Assembly: GCA_963754925.1 (NCBI GenBank)
Contig: CAVWHX010000003.1
Location: forward strand, 640,001-704,000
Source of the DNA: an uncultured delta proteobacterium
GTDB taxonomy: Bacteria > Myxococcota > B64-G9
Reading direction: 5' to 3'
DNA length: 64,000 nt
Part shown: piece by piece, positions 9,078-18,649 of the stretch
How the letters are laid out: each line of letters starts with the position of its first letter
Numbering within the stretch: the first letter of the stretch is position 1
Notes under the pieces: generated by a model
Database searches by the model: none
What the model saw: only the letters and a program-made list of their open reading frames with translations
Told to the model about the DNA's origin: nothing
Translations under genes and position numbers: made by a program

Positions 9078-10886
9078 CTATCGGCTGAGAACAAATATGG
9101 CCATATCGGCGAGCAGGTTCGCGTCGCCGCCGACTTCCGCTCCGGACTCGATGTCCAAAGCGATGCGCTGATGTACACGAATGGTGCGCTCACGACAGAA
9201 CAGCTCGAAGTCTGCGATGGTAAAAAAGCGTATGTTGGGGCTGTTATGCCATTTGTAGCGCAAGATGCCCGGCGATTCCGGCGCTCGGCCTTCATCCGCC
9301 AACATCCGGCGCAACTTGTAGTAGGCAAAGTTCGGGAAACTCACGATACACTGCTTGCCCACGCGCAGCATTTCATTGACGACGCGCTCAACGTCTTTGA
9401 TCGCCTGCAGGGTGTGTGACAACACTACGAAATCGAACTGCTGATCATAAAACGGTTTCAATCCTTGATTCAAATCGGCCTGAACGACATTGAAGCCGCG
9501 CTCGATACTGGCGACAACCGCTGCTTGACTCAGCTCGACGCCCATCAGCCGCTGATTCCCATGCGCTCGGAGGCGCGCAAGCAGGCTCCCGTGCCCGCAC
9601 CCAAGGTCAAGAACGCTTGCCGATGCCGGAATGAGATTTACCATTCGGTCGTAGTCCAACCGATGGGTGTGAAAGATGTTAGTCGGACTCTGAACGTACA
9701 CGTCATCGTCCACATCGGCTGGCGCTTTTTCGGCCGACGAATGGTCAGCCAGGGCAGCGGCAATCAGCGCACCGTACACCTCCACCTCGTCCTCCAGTAA
9801 AAAGGCGTCGTGACCGCAGTCGCTCGCAATCGTACAGGAGCTCACCGATCGGCCGAGTTCGATCAGGGCGTTAATTATTTCCTGCGACTGAGCGGGGGGG
9901 AAAAGCCAGTCGCTGGTGAAGCTGAGAACGAGCCACGCGCAGGCGCTCTTGGCCAGGCTGGACAACAATTGCTCGCGCGTCGGACCCAGGTTGAAGAGAT
10001 CCATGGCCAACGACAACGTTATGTAACTGTTCGCGTCAAAGCGCTCCACAAATTTGTCGCCCTGATACGCCAGATAGGATCCGACTGAAAACTTCTTTTC
10101 GAACTCCGTGGGCACGTCCCATGGCTGCAACCGATCGGCTTCAAATTTATCGGACATGGCCTGCGGCGAAAGGTACGTAATGTGCGCCAACATCCGGGCG
10201 AGCGCCAGACCGACATCCGGCCCGCCGTTGCCGTAGTACTGACCGCCGAGGAAGTTTGGGTCTCGGAGAATGGCGTTTCGCCCGATAACGTTAAACGCCA
10301 GTGCTTGCACCGTCAATCGGGGAGACGTGGCCACGGGGATAGCTATCCGTATGCGATCCGGATACTTGGTCGCCCACGCCAACACCTGATGGCCGCCCAT
10401 AGAACCGCCGATCACACCCAGGAGTTTCTGGATCCCCAAGTGGTCTATGAGGCGCCGTTGCACTTCCACCATGTCGCCGGTCGTGATCGTGGGAAAGTCC
10501 GCCCCATAGGGCCTGCCGGTGTCTGAATTGACGGTGTTCGGCCCGGTAGTGCCGCGACAGCCGCCGAGGACGTTTGAACAAATGACAAAGTACGTATCGG
10601 TGTCGATTGCCTTACCAGGCCCGACGGCGATTTCCCACCAACCCAGGTCGTCGGAATCATCGTGCCGAGCGACGTGTGAATCGCCGCTTATCGCGTGGCA
10701 GACAAGGACCGCGTTGTCACGATGTTGACTCAACTGCCCATAGGTTTCATACACAACCTTCACGTCGCACAATTGGCCGCCAAGCTCCAATGAAAGTATT
10801 CCTGAAAAAGCTACACTCTGCGCATAGTTGAGCGGTTTGGCCGATCGTAGACTATCGCTGCTTTCAACTACATCTTGTGACATCAC
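9078..10886 (-). CDS. metX: Homoserine O-acyltransferase MetX fused to MetW-like methyltransferase
   Basis: CHAISGDSH, GGSMGG, RFDANSY, GHDAFLLE; C-terminal VLDLGCGHG and IVSFPNFAY. Confidence 0.9.
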   Translation of the reverse strand: MMSQDVVESSDSLRSAKPLNYAQSVAFSGILSLELGGQLCDVKVVYETYGQLSQHRDNAVLVCHAISGDSHVARHDDSDDLGWWEIAVGPGKAIDTDTYFVICSNVLGGCRGTTGPNTVNSDTGRPYGADFPTITTGDMVEVQRRLIDHLGIQKLLGVIGGSMGGHQVLAWATKYPDRIRIAIPVATSPRLTVQALAFNVIGRNAILRDPNFLGGQYYGNGGPDVGLALARMLAHITYLSPQAMSDKFEADRLQPWDVPTEFEKKFSVGSYLAYQGDKFVERFDANSYITLSLAMDLFNLGPTREQLLSSLAKSACAWLVLSFTSDWLFPPAQSQEIINALIELGRSVSSCTIASDCGHDAFLLEDEVEVYGALIAAALADHSSAEKAPADVDDDVYVQSPTNIFHTHRLDYDRMVNLIPASASVLDLGCGHGSLLARLRAHGNQRLMGVELSQAAVVASIERGFNVVQADLNQGLKPFYDQQFDFVVLSHTLQAIKDVERVVNEMLRVGKQCIVSFPNFAYYKLRRMLADEGRAPESPGILRYKWHNSPNIRFFTIADFELFCRERTIRVHQRIALDIESGAEVGGDANLLADMAIFVLSR

Positions 10887-11023
10887 TAGTTACCACCTTC
10901 AGAACGACATTCTTACTACCTTGCGCTTCTAAACCACAAGTAGTTTATATTGTCAATCGGAATACTGTACTATTCACTGTCTACCGGATAACATTTATTT
11001 ATAAAAATATTTTCTAGTTGCTC

Positions 11024-11081
11024 TTGACATACTGAATGAAATATGCATAATGTTCGACAATATCGAACAGTGTTCGATATT
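11024..11081 (+). promoter_or_regulatory. Sigma-70-like promoter with overlapping palindromic operator
   Basis: TTGACA (11024) N16 CATAAT (11046); inverted repeats TGTTCGA-N5-TCGAACA (11051-11069) and AATATCGAACA-G-TGTTCGATATT (11059-11081). Confidence 0.65.
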
Positions 11082-11097
11082 TCAAGTGGAGCGATAT

Positions 11098-11910
11098 ATG
11101 GACACCAAAAAACGACTTATCCAATCTATAAAAAAGGCCTCAGCTATCCTGGCGTTGTTCAGTAACGATAAAAAACCTCTAGGTATTACCGACCTTACCC
11201 GCAGGCTTAATCTGCCCAAGGCCACCATCGCGACGATCGTTGCCACCCTGGAAGCTATCGGGTATTTGGAAAAGGACCCCTTTAGCACGAAATACCGTTT
11301 CGGTCCCCAATTGGTGCAACTCGGCATTAGGTGCGTCGCAAGCTTGGATCTTATTACTATCGCAAGGGCTTGGATGGAGCGTTTCAGTTTCCAATTCATG
11401 GAACCCATAAATCTTGGAATGCTCGTGGGTGACAGCGTAACGATCATTATGCGCGTCGAGCCTGAGAATCGTTACATGACTTTTCCGCTGTCAGGCTCCA
11501 CTGTTCCGCTGCATACGACCTGTATCGGCAAAGCAATCTTGGCCTATATGGACCGGGCCAAGCGTAATCAACTCCTGGAAAATTATATGTTCATACAGCT
11601 AACCCCCAACACCATAACGACCAAGGTAAAGTTCTTGCAAGAATTGGCTCAAGTCAAAAAAACCGGCGTGAGCTTCGATCGCCAGGAATCCATCACCGGT
11701 TTGGCCGGAATCGGCGGACCGATTTTCAACCATGCAGGCGTGGTCATCGCGGCCTTTGCCGTCAGTGGGAACGCGGAACGGATCAATCAACTAAGCAAGG
11801 AAATCGTAGAAGCAGTGAAATTTACCACACAACAGGTCTCGTCTATGCTCGGATATTCCCCAATAAAAACGAATTCAGTATTAGGAGGCAACCATGACGT
11901 ATCAAGATAA
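11098..11910 (+). CDS. IclR family transcriptional regulator
   Basis: IQSIKKA..IL HTH, LPKATI, PLHTTCIGKAILA, GIGGPIF. Confidence 0.9.
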   Translation: MDTKKRLIQSIKKASAILALFSNDKKPLGITDLTRRLNLPKATIATIVATLEAIGYLEKDPFSTKYRFGPQLVQLGIRCVASLDLITIARAWMERFSFQFMEPINLGMLVGDSVTIIMRVEPENRYMTFPLSGSTVPLHTTCIGKAILAYMDRAKRNQLLENYMFIQLTPNTITTKVKFLQELAQVKKTGVSFDRQESITGLAGIGGPIFNHAGVVIAAFAVSGNAERINQLSKEIVEAVKFTTQQVSSMLGYSPIKTNSVLGGNHDVSR

Positions 11911-12937
11911 AACTGTATTATTCGTAGGCGCCGGAGCTATTGGAGCCTCGGTGGCTGCCTGGGTCGTTCCGTATCATGCCAAGCTCTTCGTCATGGATAT
12001 CGGTGAGGTGCAAACCGCCTTAAAAAATACCGGCATTACGGTCTATCAGGTGGATAAACCGCAACAGACCAGACAGACTGTGCGGGTCAGAACCATCGAT
12101 CGGATTGAAGAATTGCCCGATGTCGACATTATCATCATGGGTGTCAAAAACTACAGCCTTCCTGCCATTGCCGAGATGCTGAAGAAAACCGTCGGCGATC
12201 GGCCGATCATCGTCTCCATGGCCAATGGAACAGATAACCAAACCATCCTGCCGCGGTATTTTTCCAAGATAATCTATACCGTCGTTAGCTTCAATGCCCG
12301 TCGTGACGAACCGGTGGTGGTGGGCTATCAGAAAAAAGGTCCTTTGTTGATCGGCACGCCGGATAACTCTTTAAAAGATGAACTCAAGATAGTGCAGGCG
12401 ATCCTGGGAAGCGGGTGCAAAACCATCATCGTGGATCACTTGGCGGACGCAGTGCACAGCAAGATTGTGATGAACCTCACCAACGCGTTGGATACTCTGG
12501 TTGGGCAAGGCTTCCGACCGGTATCGAATTTCGGAATATATCAGAAGCTGCTGACCAACACCTTATGGGAAGGGGTAACGATCATCAAGGCCGCCGGATT
12601 CAAGGAATGCAAGATGGGCGGTATGCCCTCCTTCTTTTTACTTCACTTGGGGATCCTTATGCCCGCCTGGATCGCCCGACCGATCTTCAAGCACAAGATC
12701 AAAACCATGGTTATGTCGAGCATGACCCAGGATATTCTGCTCCGTGACTCCGGCATGAGCGAGATCGATTCCCTCACTGGTTACATTGTGCGTTTGGCGG
12801 AAAAACATAACGTTCCCGCGCCCTATAACAAAACCATCTACAGGCTGGCAAAGGACCGTTTCGGTCCCGGATTTCAGCCCATGCGTTGCGAGGATATTTT
12901 GGCTGAAGTCGAGAAAGCCAAACGGTCGGAGACTTGA
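11894..12937 (+). CDS. Ketopantoate reductase (PanE/ApbA) family protein
   Basis: GAGAIG, GVKNY, MANG, SKIVMN, SSMTQD, SEIDSLTG. Confidence 0.8.
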   Translation: MTYQDKTVLFVGAGAIGASVAAWVVPYHAKLFVMDIGEVQTALKNTGITVYQVDKPQQTRQTVRVRTIDRIEELPDVDIIIMGVKNYSLPAIAEMLKKTVGDRPIIVSMANGTDNQTILPRYFSKIIYTVVSFNARRDEPVVVGYQKKGPLLIGTPDNSLKDELKIVQAILGSGCKTIIVDHLADAVHSKIVMNLTNALDTLVGQGFRPVSNFGIYQKLLTNTLWEGVTIIKAAGFKECKMGGMPSFFLLHLGILMPAWIARPIFKHKIKTMVMSSMTQDILLRDSGMSEIDSLTGYIVRLAEKHNVPAPYNKTIYRLAKDRFGPGFQPMRCEDILAEVEKAKRSET

Positions 12938-12976
12938 CAAAACATCATCCCGACAACGCTGCAAAGGAGAATTACC

Positions 12977-14701
12977 ATGAAAAAAACTGGCGCGTGGCTT
13001 ACGCGTTACGCTTTGGAACAGCTGCCCATCAGCCATACCTTCGGTATCCCGGGCATGCAGAACACCGAAATCTACGACGAGATTAATCTCTCGAAAAAGA
13101 TTACCCCTATTCTGGTCACCCATGAGTTGGGCGCTTCTTTTGCCGCCGACGGCCTGAGCCGATCCTCGTCGAATGTCGGCGTAGCCTTGATTGTTCCAGG
13201 CGCCGGCCTTACGAACGCCATGAGCGGTATTTGTGAGGCCTTACTTGACGGCATCCCGATTCTAGTCATCGCCGGCTCCGCTCGCCTGGATATAGGCAAA
13301 CATTATCAATTACACCAGCTCGATCAGCAGAGGTTGGCCGATGGCGCAATAAAAAAGGGCTATCACATAAAAACCCACGCCGAGATCGTCCCGACAATTT
13401 TCGACGCCTTTACCACCGCAACCTCGGGTTGCCCGGGCCCAGTTTTCATCGAGATCCCGGTCGAGATTCAGATGATGGAGGGCGAGGTTGGCGATCTGCC
13501 GCTGTATCGACCTCACGAGTCACTGCCACCTTCCTCGGAGGCCGTGCAAGCCGCGGTGGAACTCATCAAGCAGGCCAAACATCCCGGCATTTTCGCCGGG
13601 TGGGGTTGCAGGGATGCAACCGCGCAACTTACTCGATTGGCCGAACTCCTCCAGGCCCCCGTGGCATTGACCATGCAAGGTTACGGGGTCTTTCCGGGTA
13701 CGCACCCTCTGCACGCCGGAATGAGCTTCGGCGCCTCGGCCGTCCCAGCGGCCCGTAACGCCTTTAAAAATTGCGACTGCCTTATCGCCGTTGCCACCCG
13801 CTTCGCCGAAGTGGCCACCGGCAGTTATGGGGTGACGGTGCCGGCCAATCTCATCCATATCGACATCGACCCCACGGTCTTTGATAAAAACTACCCGGCT
13901 AAGGTGAAGATTGCTGGCGATGCAGCCAAAAGCCTGGAAGCCTTAATACACTCACTGGAGGAGCAAGGCGTCTCCCGACCTGAAAACCAAGCACTCAAGG
14001 AACAGATCAAAAAAGACAAAGAGGCTTATTTCAAGTCGTGGGCCGACAAACGATTCCACGGAGTCAATCCAGCGGTATTCCTACGCATTCTCAGCGATGA
14101 GATGGATCCGGATGACTATGTCCTATCGGACGTCGGCAATCACACGTTTCTTATGGCCGAGCATTTTATGGTGAAGAAGGCGGGACATTTCATCGCCCCT
14201 TGCGATTTTAACTGCATGGGCTATGGCGTACCGGCCGCCTTAGGAGTCAAGCTTGCAAATCCCGATCATTTGGTGGCGGCGGTCATCGGGGACGGTTGTT
14301 TTTTGATGACCGGGATGGAGACGCTCACCGCCTCGGCCAACCATGCTGGAATCATATACTGTGTTTTCCATGACGGCGAACTGGCCCAGATCTCTCAGAC
14401 CCAACAACTGCCGTACGGGAACAAGACCTGCACCGTCTTGCCGGAGTTCAGTCTTTACGGTATGGCGCTGGCCACCGGCGCGGCCTACATAGAGATCAAC
14501 GACGATGAGGCAATTGCCCCGGCCCTGCGCGAAGCCCGCTATATTGCAGCCAAGGGTCAGCCCGTCATCATAGATGTGTGCGTTGACTACTCAAAGAAGA
14601 CCGCTTACACCAAAGGGGTGATTAAGACCAATCTGGCGCGCTTCCCTTTGAACACCCGAATACGCCTCGTATCCCGGGCGATACTAAAACGCTTGTCCTA
14701 A
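12977..14701 (+). CDS. ThDP-dependent enzyme, acetolactate synthase large-subunit-like
   Basis: FGIPG, THELGASFAADG, GPVFIEIP, GDGCFLM. Confidence 0.85.
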   Translation: MKKTGAWLTRYALEQLPISHTFGIPGMQNTEIYDEINLSKKITPILVTHELGASFAADGLSRSSSNVGVALIVPGAGLTNAMSGICEALLDGIPILVIAGSARLDIGKHYQLHQLDQQRLADGAIKKGYHIKTHAEIVPTIFDAFTTATSGCPGPVFIEIPVEIQMMEGEVGDLPLYRPHESLPPSSEAVQAAVELIKQAKHPGIFAGWGCRDATAQLTRLAELLQAPVALTMQGYGVFPGTHPLHAGMSFGASAVPAARNAFKNCDCLIAVATRFAEVATGSYGVTVPANLIHIDIDPTVFDKNYPAKVKIAGDAAKSLEALIHSLEEQGVSRPENQALKEQIKKDKEAYFKSWADKRFHGVNPAVFLRILSDEMDPDDYVLSDVGNHTFLMAEHFMVKKAGHFIAPCDFNCMGYGVPAALGVKLANPDHLVAAVIGDGCFLMTGMETLTASANHAGIIYCVFHDGELAQISQTQQLPYGNKTCTVLPEFSLYGMALATGAAYIEINDDEAIAPALREARYIAAKGQPVIIDVCVDYSKKTAYTKGVIKTNLARFPLNTRIRLVSRAILKRLS

Positions 14702-14729
14702 CAGGCAGCTTAGCCCCTAGGAACCCATC

Positions 14730-16373
14730 ATGAAAAAACCAAAAAGCGAAAGCATTTTTAATGATAAGGATTTTCCCCTCAACCTAATCCGAGGAAATTT
14801 TTTCTATGGAACCGGTTATGAGATAAACGAACTGAAAGAAAAGCCGATTATCGGCATCGTAAATTCTCAGACCGATATCAATCCGGGGCATGTTCATCTT
14901 GATACGATCGCGAGCCGGGTCAAGGAGGGCGTCCACGCGGCGGGCGGTCTTCCCTTCGAGTTCGGCGTTCCTGCGCCCTGCGATGGCATGACAGAAGGGC
15001 ACGAGGGGATGCGCTATGTCCTTGCCCAGCGCGATCTGATCGCCGATATCGTCGAAACGCACGTACGCAGCATGCTCTATGACGGCCTGGTCTTCATCGC
15101 GAGTTGCGACAAGATCATTCCCGGCATGATAATGGCGGCCGCCCGGCTGAAGCTGCCGTCGATATTCATCACCGGCGGGCCCAACGCAATGCTTATCCGG
15201 TTCAGGAAAAGCATGAAGGGAAGCGTGGATCAGAATTCCTATACCGATGTCATGGACAAGCTGGCAACGAACACCTGTGCCACCTGTGGCTCCTGTGAGT
15301 TCATGGGCACAGCGAACACGATGCAATGCCTAACCGAGGCGCTGGGGCTTTCGATCCCTCGCTCTGCCAGTGTACCGGCCTATGGTACCGAGAAACTGAT
15401 GTTCGCGCGTCAGACCGGGAAGCGCATCGTCAGCATGGTGGAGGAGGGCCTGACATCTGACAGAATCCTCACCATGAAAGCGATCGAAAACGCCCTTATG
15501 GTAGACCTGGCGATTGGCGGATCAACTAACTCCGCGTTGCATCTTCCGGCAATAGCACACTCTTGTGGCATAGAACTGCCGCTGAAAGCATTCAACATTT
15601 TTTCCAAAAAGATACCGACTCTTTGCGCCATTACGCCGAATGGGCCCTATGGCATCACCGATTTCTATATCGCCGGCGGTGTCCCAGCTGTAATGAACCG
15701 ACTAAAGGATGACCTACATGGCGATGCCCTTAGTGTAACCGGTGCGACTATCGGAGAGATCGCGGCTGAAGCGAAAATCCTTGATGATGAGGTGATCCCC
15801 GATAAAACCAGACCCTATTTAGCCGAAGGAGGAACGGTAGTATTATACGGCAACCTCGCGCCTGACGGCTCTGTAGTCAAGCAGTCGGCAGTGGCGTCGG
15901 ACATGCACGTCTTCACCGGTCTGGCCCGCGTCTTCGAGTCTGAAGCGGACTGCCTCAAGGCTCTTCACGAGAGGTCCATAAAAGAGGGGGAAGCGGTGGT
16001 CATACGAAACGAAGGGCCCCGTGGAGGACCTGGAATGCCGGAAACGTTGATGGTAACCGTCATGCTTAAGCTTCTCGGATTTAAAAAGGTGGCACTTGTC
16101 ACCGACGGACGCTTTTCGGGCTATTCGTCGGGACCCTGCATTGGCCACGTGTCGCCGGAGGCGAATGTCGGGGGGCCCATTGCCGTCGTACGGGACGGCG
16201 ACGAAATTATGATCGATATACCGGGACGTCGCATTGAAGTCCATCTCACCGATGATGAAATCGCGAGCCGGCTCAAGGAGTGGAAGCCGGTACGGAGGGA
16301 AATTCCTTTTGGGTACATGAGGCGTTACGCTAACTATGTGAGCTCTGCGGCTCAAGGGGCTGTATTGGAATAA
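14730..16373 (+). CDS. ilvD: Dihydroxy-acid dehydratase (IlvD/Edd family)
   Basis: PCDG, SCDKIIPG, GTANTM, GGSTN, GPGMPE, TDGRFSG, GHVSPEA. Confidence 0.85.
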   Translation: MKKPKSESIFNDKDFPLNLIRGNFFYGTGYEINELKEKPIIGIVNSQTDINPGHVHLDTIASRVKEGVHAAGGLPFEFGVPAPCDGMTEGHEGMRYVLAQRDLIADIVETHVRSMLYDGLVFIASCDKIIPGMIMAAARLKLPSIFITGGPNAMLIRFRKSMKGSVDQNSYTDVMDKLATNTCATCGSCEFMGTANTMQCLTEALGLSIPRSASVPAYGTEKLMFARQTGKRIVSMVEEGLTSDRILTMKAIENALMVDLAIGGSTNSALHLPAIAHSCGIELPLKAFNIFSKKIPTLCAITPNGPYGITDFYIAGGVPAVMNRLKDDLHGDALSVTGATIGEIAAEAKILDDEVIPDKTRPYLAEGGTVVLYGNLAPDGSVVKQSAVASDMHVFTGLARVFESEADCLKALHERSIKEGEAVVIRNEGPRGGPGMPETLMVTVMLKLLGFKKVALVTDGRFSGYSSGPCIGHVSPEANVGGPIAVVRDGDEIMIDIPGRRIEVHLTDDEIASRLKEWKPVRREIPFGYMRRYANYVSSAAQGAVLE

Positions 16374-16442
16374 AACGTCTGCGCTGCGCCGCAGTCATTT
16401 CATTCTTTTTGGTTTAGGGCTTTATTGTTAAGGAGCACCCGC

Positions 16443-16910
16443 ATGAAATCAGTTTATCACTGTAACTATTTGACCGGCTTGAGATTGAAGATATTTCTCT
16501 CGGTTGCTGACAGCATTATTCCGCCTACTCCTGATTCGCCCGGCGGCGGCACCATGATTACGGCCGGTATAGTCGATTGGGCGATCTCCCGTTTGCAAAG
16601 TCCATTGCGTATACAACTAATGGTTTTTTTGTATGCGATAGAATGCCTTGGAATAGTATTCGGGGGCAAGTTCTTCAGCCACAATAGCAAAAATATAAAA
16701 AATCGTGAGCTTCGCTGGTTGGAAAATAACCCTCTGCGTGGCTTGCGCCTCGGCTTTTTCGGCATCAAAAATTTTATTTGCATGGGGTATTACACCCGCG
16801 AGGAGGTGTGGAACGTCATCCGCTATCCAGGCCCCATCGAACCCGACAGACCATACCCCGACGGCACTATTAGATCGTTGAGCCGGGGCACGATCGAGGT
16901 GGTCGGATGA
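16443..16910 (+). CDS. Small protein resembling a GMC-oxidoreductase accessory (gluconate 2-dehydrogenase subunit 3-like) subunit
   Basis: ADSIIPP..GIKNFICMGYY..IRYPGP pattern; ATGA overlap with the GMC gene. Confidence 0.55.
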   Translation: MKSVYHCNYLTGLRLKIFLSVADSIIPPTPDSPGGGTMITAGIVDWAISRLQSPLRIQLMVFLYAIECLGIVFGGKFFSHNSKNIKNRELRWLENNPLRGLRLGFFGIKNFICMGYYTREEVWNVIRYPGPIEPDRPYPDGTIRSLSRGTIEVVG

Positions 16911-18427
16911 ATCGGGAATATGATGCAATCATCATCGGCTCGGGAGCGGGTGGCGGCACGGTCGCCGAAAAACTGGCACCGCTCGCCCGCGCCGGAGCGA
17001 AAATAGCCGTACTCGAGGAAGGGCCGTATTACACACACGAATTTTTAACCCAACGCGAAATCGAGATGTATGATATCTACCGCCACCGCGGCGCTTGGCC
17101 GTTACAAAACGGTTCTATAACACTGGCGGCGGGTAAGGCGGTAGGCGGCAGCACATTGATGTACACCGGTGTTACCTTCAGAATGCCGGATGAGGTAATC
17201 GACGAGTGGTCAATCCCCGGCATCACCCCCGACGATCTCAGGCCCCGATTCGATCGCATCGAACGCGCGATCAACGTCATCGAACCGGGGGAGGATATGA
17301 TCAACGACAACAATCGGCTTTTCAAAAGAGGGTGCGAACGTCTCGGATGGCCCGTAAAAAAGATCAGGCTCAATCTCAAAAATTGCAATCAAACCGGCTG
17401 TTGCAATACGAGGTGTTTTTGCAATCTTGGGTGTTCTTACGGCACCAAGCAAGGAACGCTCGAAGTTCAGCTTCCCCTGGCCGAAGCCGCGGGGATTGAG
17501 GTCATTCCTAACTGCGAGGTGCATACGCTATCCGAAAAAACCGTGCGTGCGCGCGTCTCCCCCGCCCCCCCGGGAACCAAGCCAGGACCATGGCCGTCGG
17601 GCGACATCGAAATGAGAGCGCAACGAATAATCCTTGCCGCCGGTTCCCCCGGCTCGCCCGCTGTGCTACTCAGATCGGGGTTTGCGAAACCATTTAAGAC
17701 GCTCGGAAAATACTTCACGCTGCATCCGGCGCTGACCGTATACGGCATTTATCCGGAAAAAATAAAAGGCTATCAAGGGATCCCGAAAACATTTTATACC
17801 GACGTGTTTACAGACAGCCACGACTACTACCTCGAGACCGCTTTTTACTATCCGTTTATCACCACCAAACACCTTGGCCTCTGGGGCGACGAACTCAACT
17901 ACGTGATGCGGCGGTACGATCAGCTTGCCTGTATCATCATTCTCAACCATGACCAAGCGAGCGTCAGCAACAGAATCACCGTATCGTCAGCCGGCGATAT
18001 CATCATGCGCTACACGCTATCGAAAGAATCGATACAGTCTCTCTGCCATGCACAGGCGCAGGCCGCCCGCATCTTTTTCTCAGCAGGCTGCGAGAAGGTG
18101 ATCATGCCTTGTGCCGATACACCGCTATTTGATAACAACGATCTAAAGGGTCAAACTCTGGAAGCATTTATAACCGAAAAAAACTTTAAGTCCGTGAAGT
18201 TTCCGTTATCTTCGGCGCACCCGCAAGGGGGATGCAGAATGGGGGTCGGCCCCGAGGATTCGGTCACCGACCAGTGGGGTCAGGTTCATGGTTGCCCATG
18301 GCTCTTTGTTGCCGATGCGAGCCTTTTTCCAATGTCTTCTCACGTCAATCCGTATCTCACCATCATGGCGCTTGCCGACCGGGTCGGCGAACATCTGGTT
18401 GACACCAAACACCACTGGTTACGGTGA
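16907..18427 (+). CDS. GMC family oxidoreductase
   Basis: IGSGAGG, GKAVGGST, SAHPQGGCRMG, VADASLFP..VNPYLTI. Confidence 0.9.
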   Translation: MNREYDAIIIGSGAGGGTVAEKLAPLARAGAKIAVLEEGPYYTHEFLTQREIEMYDIYRHRGAWPLQNGSITLAAGKAVGGSTLMYTGVTFRMPDEVIDEWSIPGITPDDLRPRFDRIERAINVIEPGEDMINDNNRLFKRGCERLGWPVKKIRLNLKNCNQTGCCNTRCFCNLGCSYGTKQGTLEVQLPLAEAAGIEVIPNCEVHTLSEKTVRARVSPAPPGTKPGPWPSGDIEMRAQRIILAAGSPGSPAVLLRSGFAKPFKTLGKYFTLHPALTVYGIYPEKIKGYQGIPKTFYTDVFTDSHDYYLETAFYYPFITTKHLGLWGDELNYVMRRYDQLACIIILNHDQASVSNRITVSSAGDIIMRYTLSKESIQSLCHAQAQAARIFFSAGCEKVIMPCADTPLFDNNDLKGQTLEAFITEKNFKSVKFPLSSAHPQGGCRMGVGPEDSVTDQWGQVHGCPWLFVADASLFPMSSHVNPYLTIMALADRVGEHLVDTKHHWLR

Positions 18428-18649
18428 GTCCAACACCCATTGTCACAAGACGATTTTCACCGCCGCTGTGGGCCTGCCACTGCCCTATCGGGCGAGCCTG
18501 TTTTTTTACAATCACGTCAATCTGTAATACAATAGGCCTGTGTGTGTTTCTCTACCACGGTACGCCAGGAAATACAAATTAAGTAATCGGTTGGGTGGTA
18601 GGCGAGGAACCGTAAGCATTTTCTCGATCATTGGGTCAAGGAGTGTCTC

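Noticed and set aside
12977..16373. Standard ilvB/ilvD biosynthetic operon
   Set aside because: No ilvH/N or ilvC; the IclR and GMC context argues otherwise, though it is not excluded.
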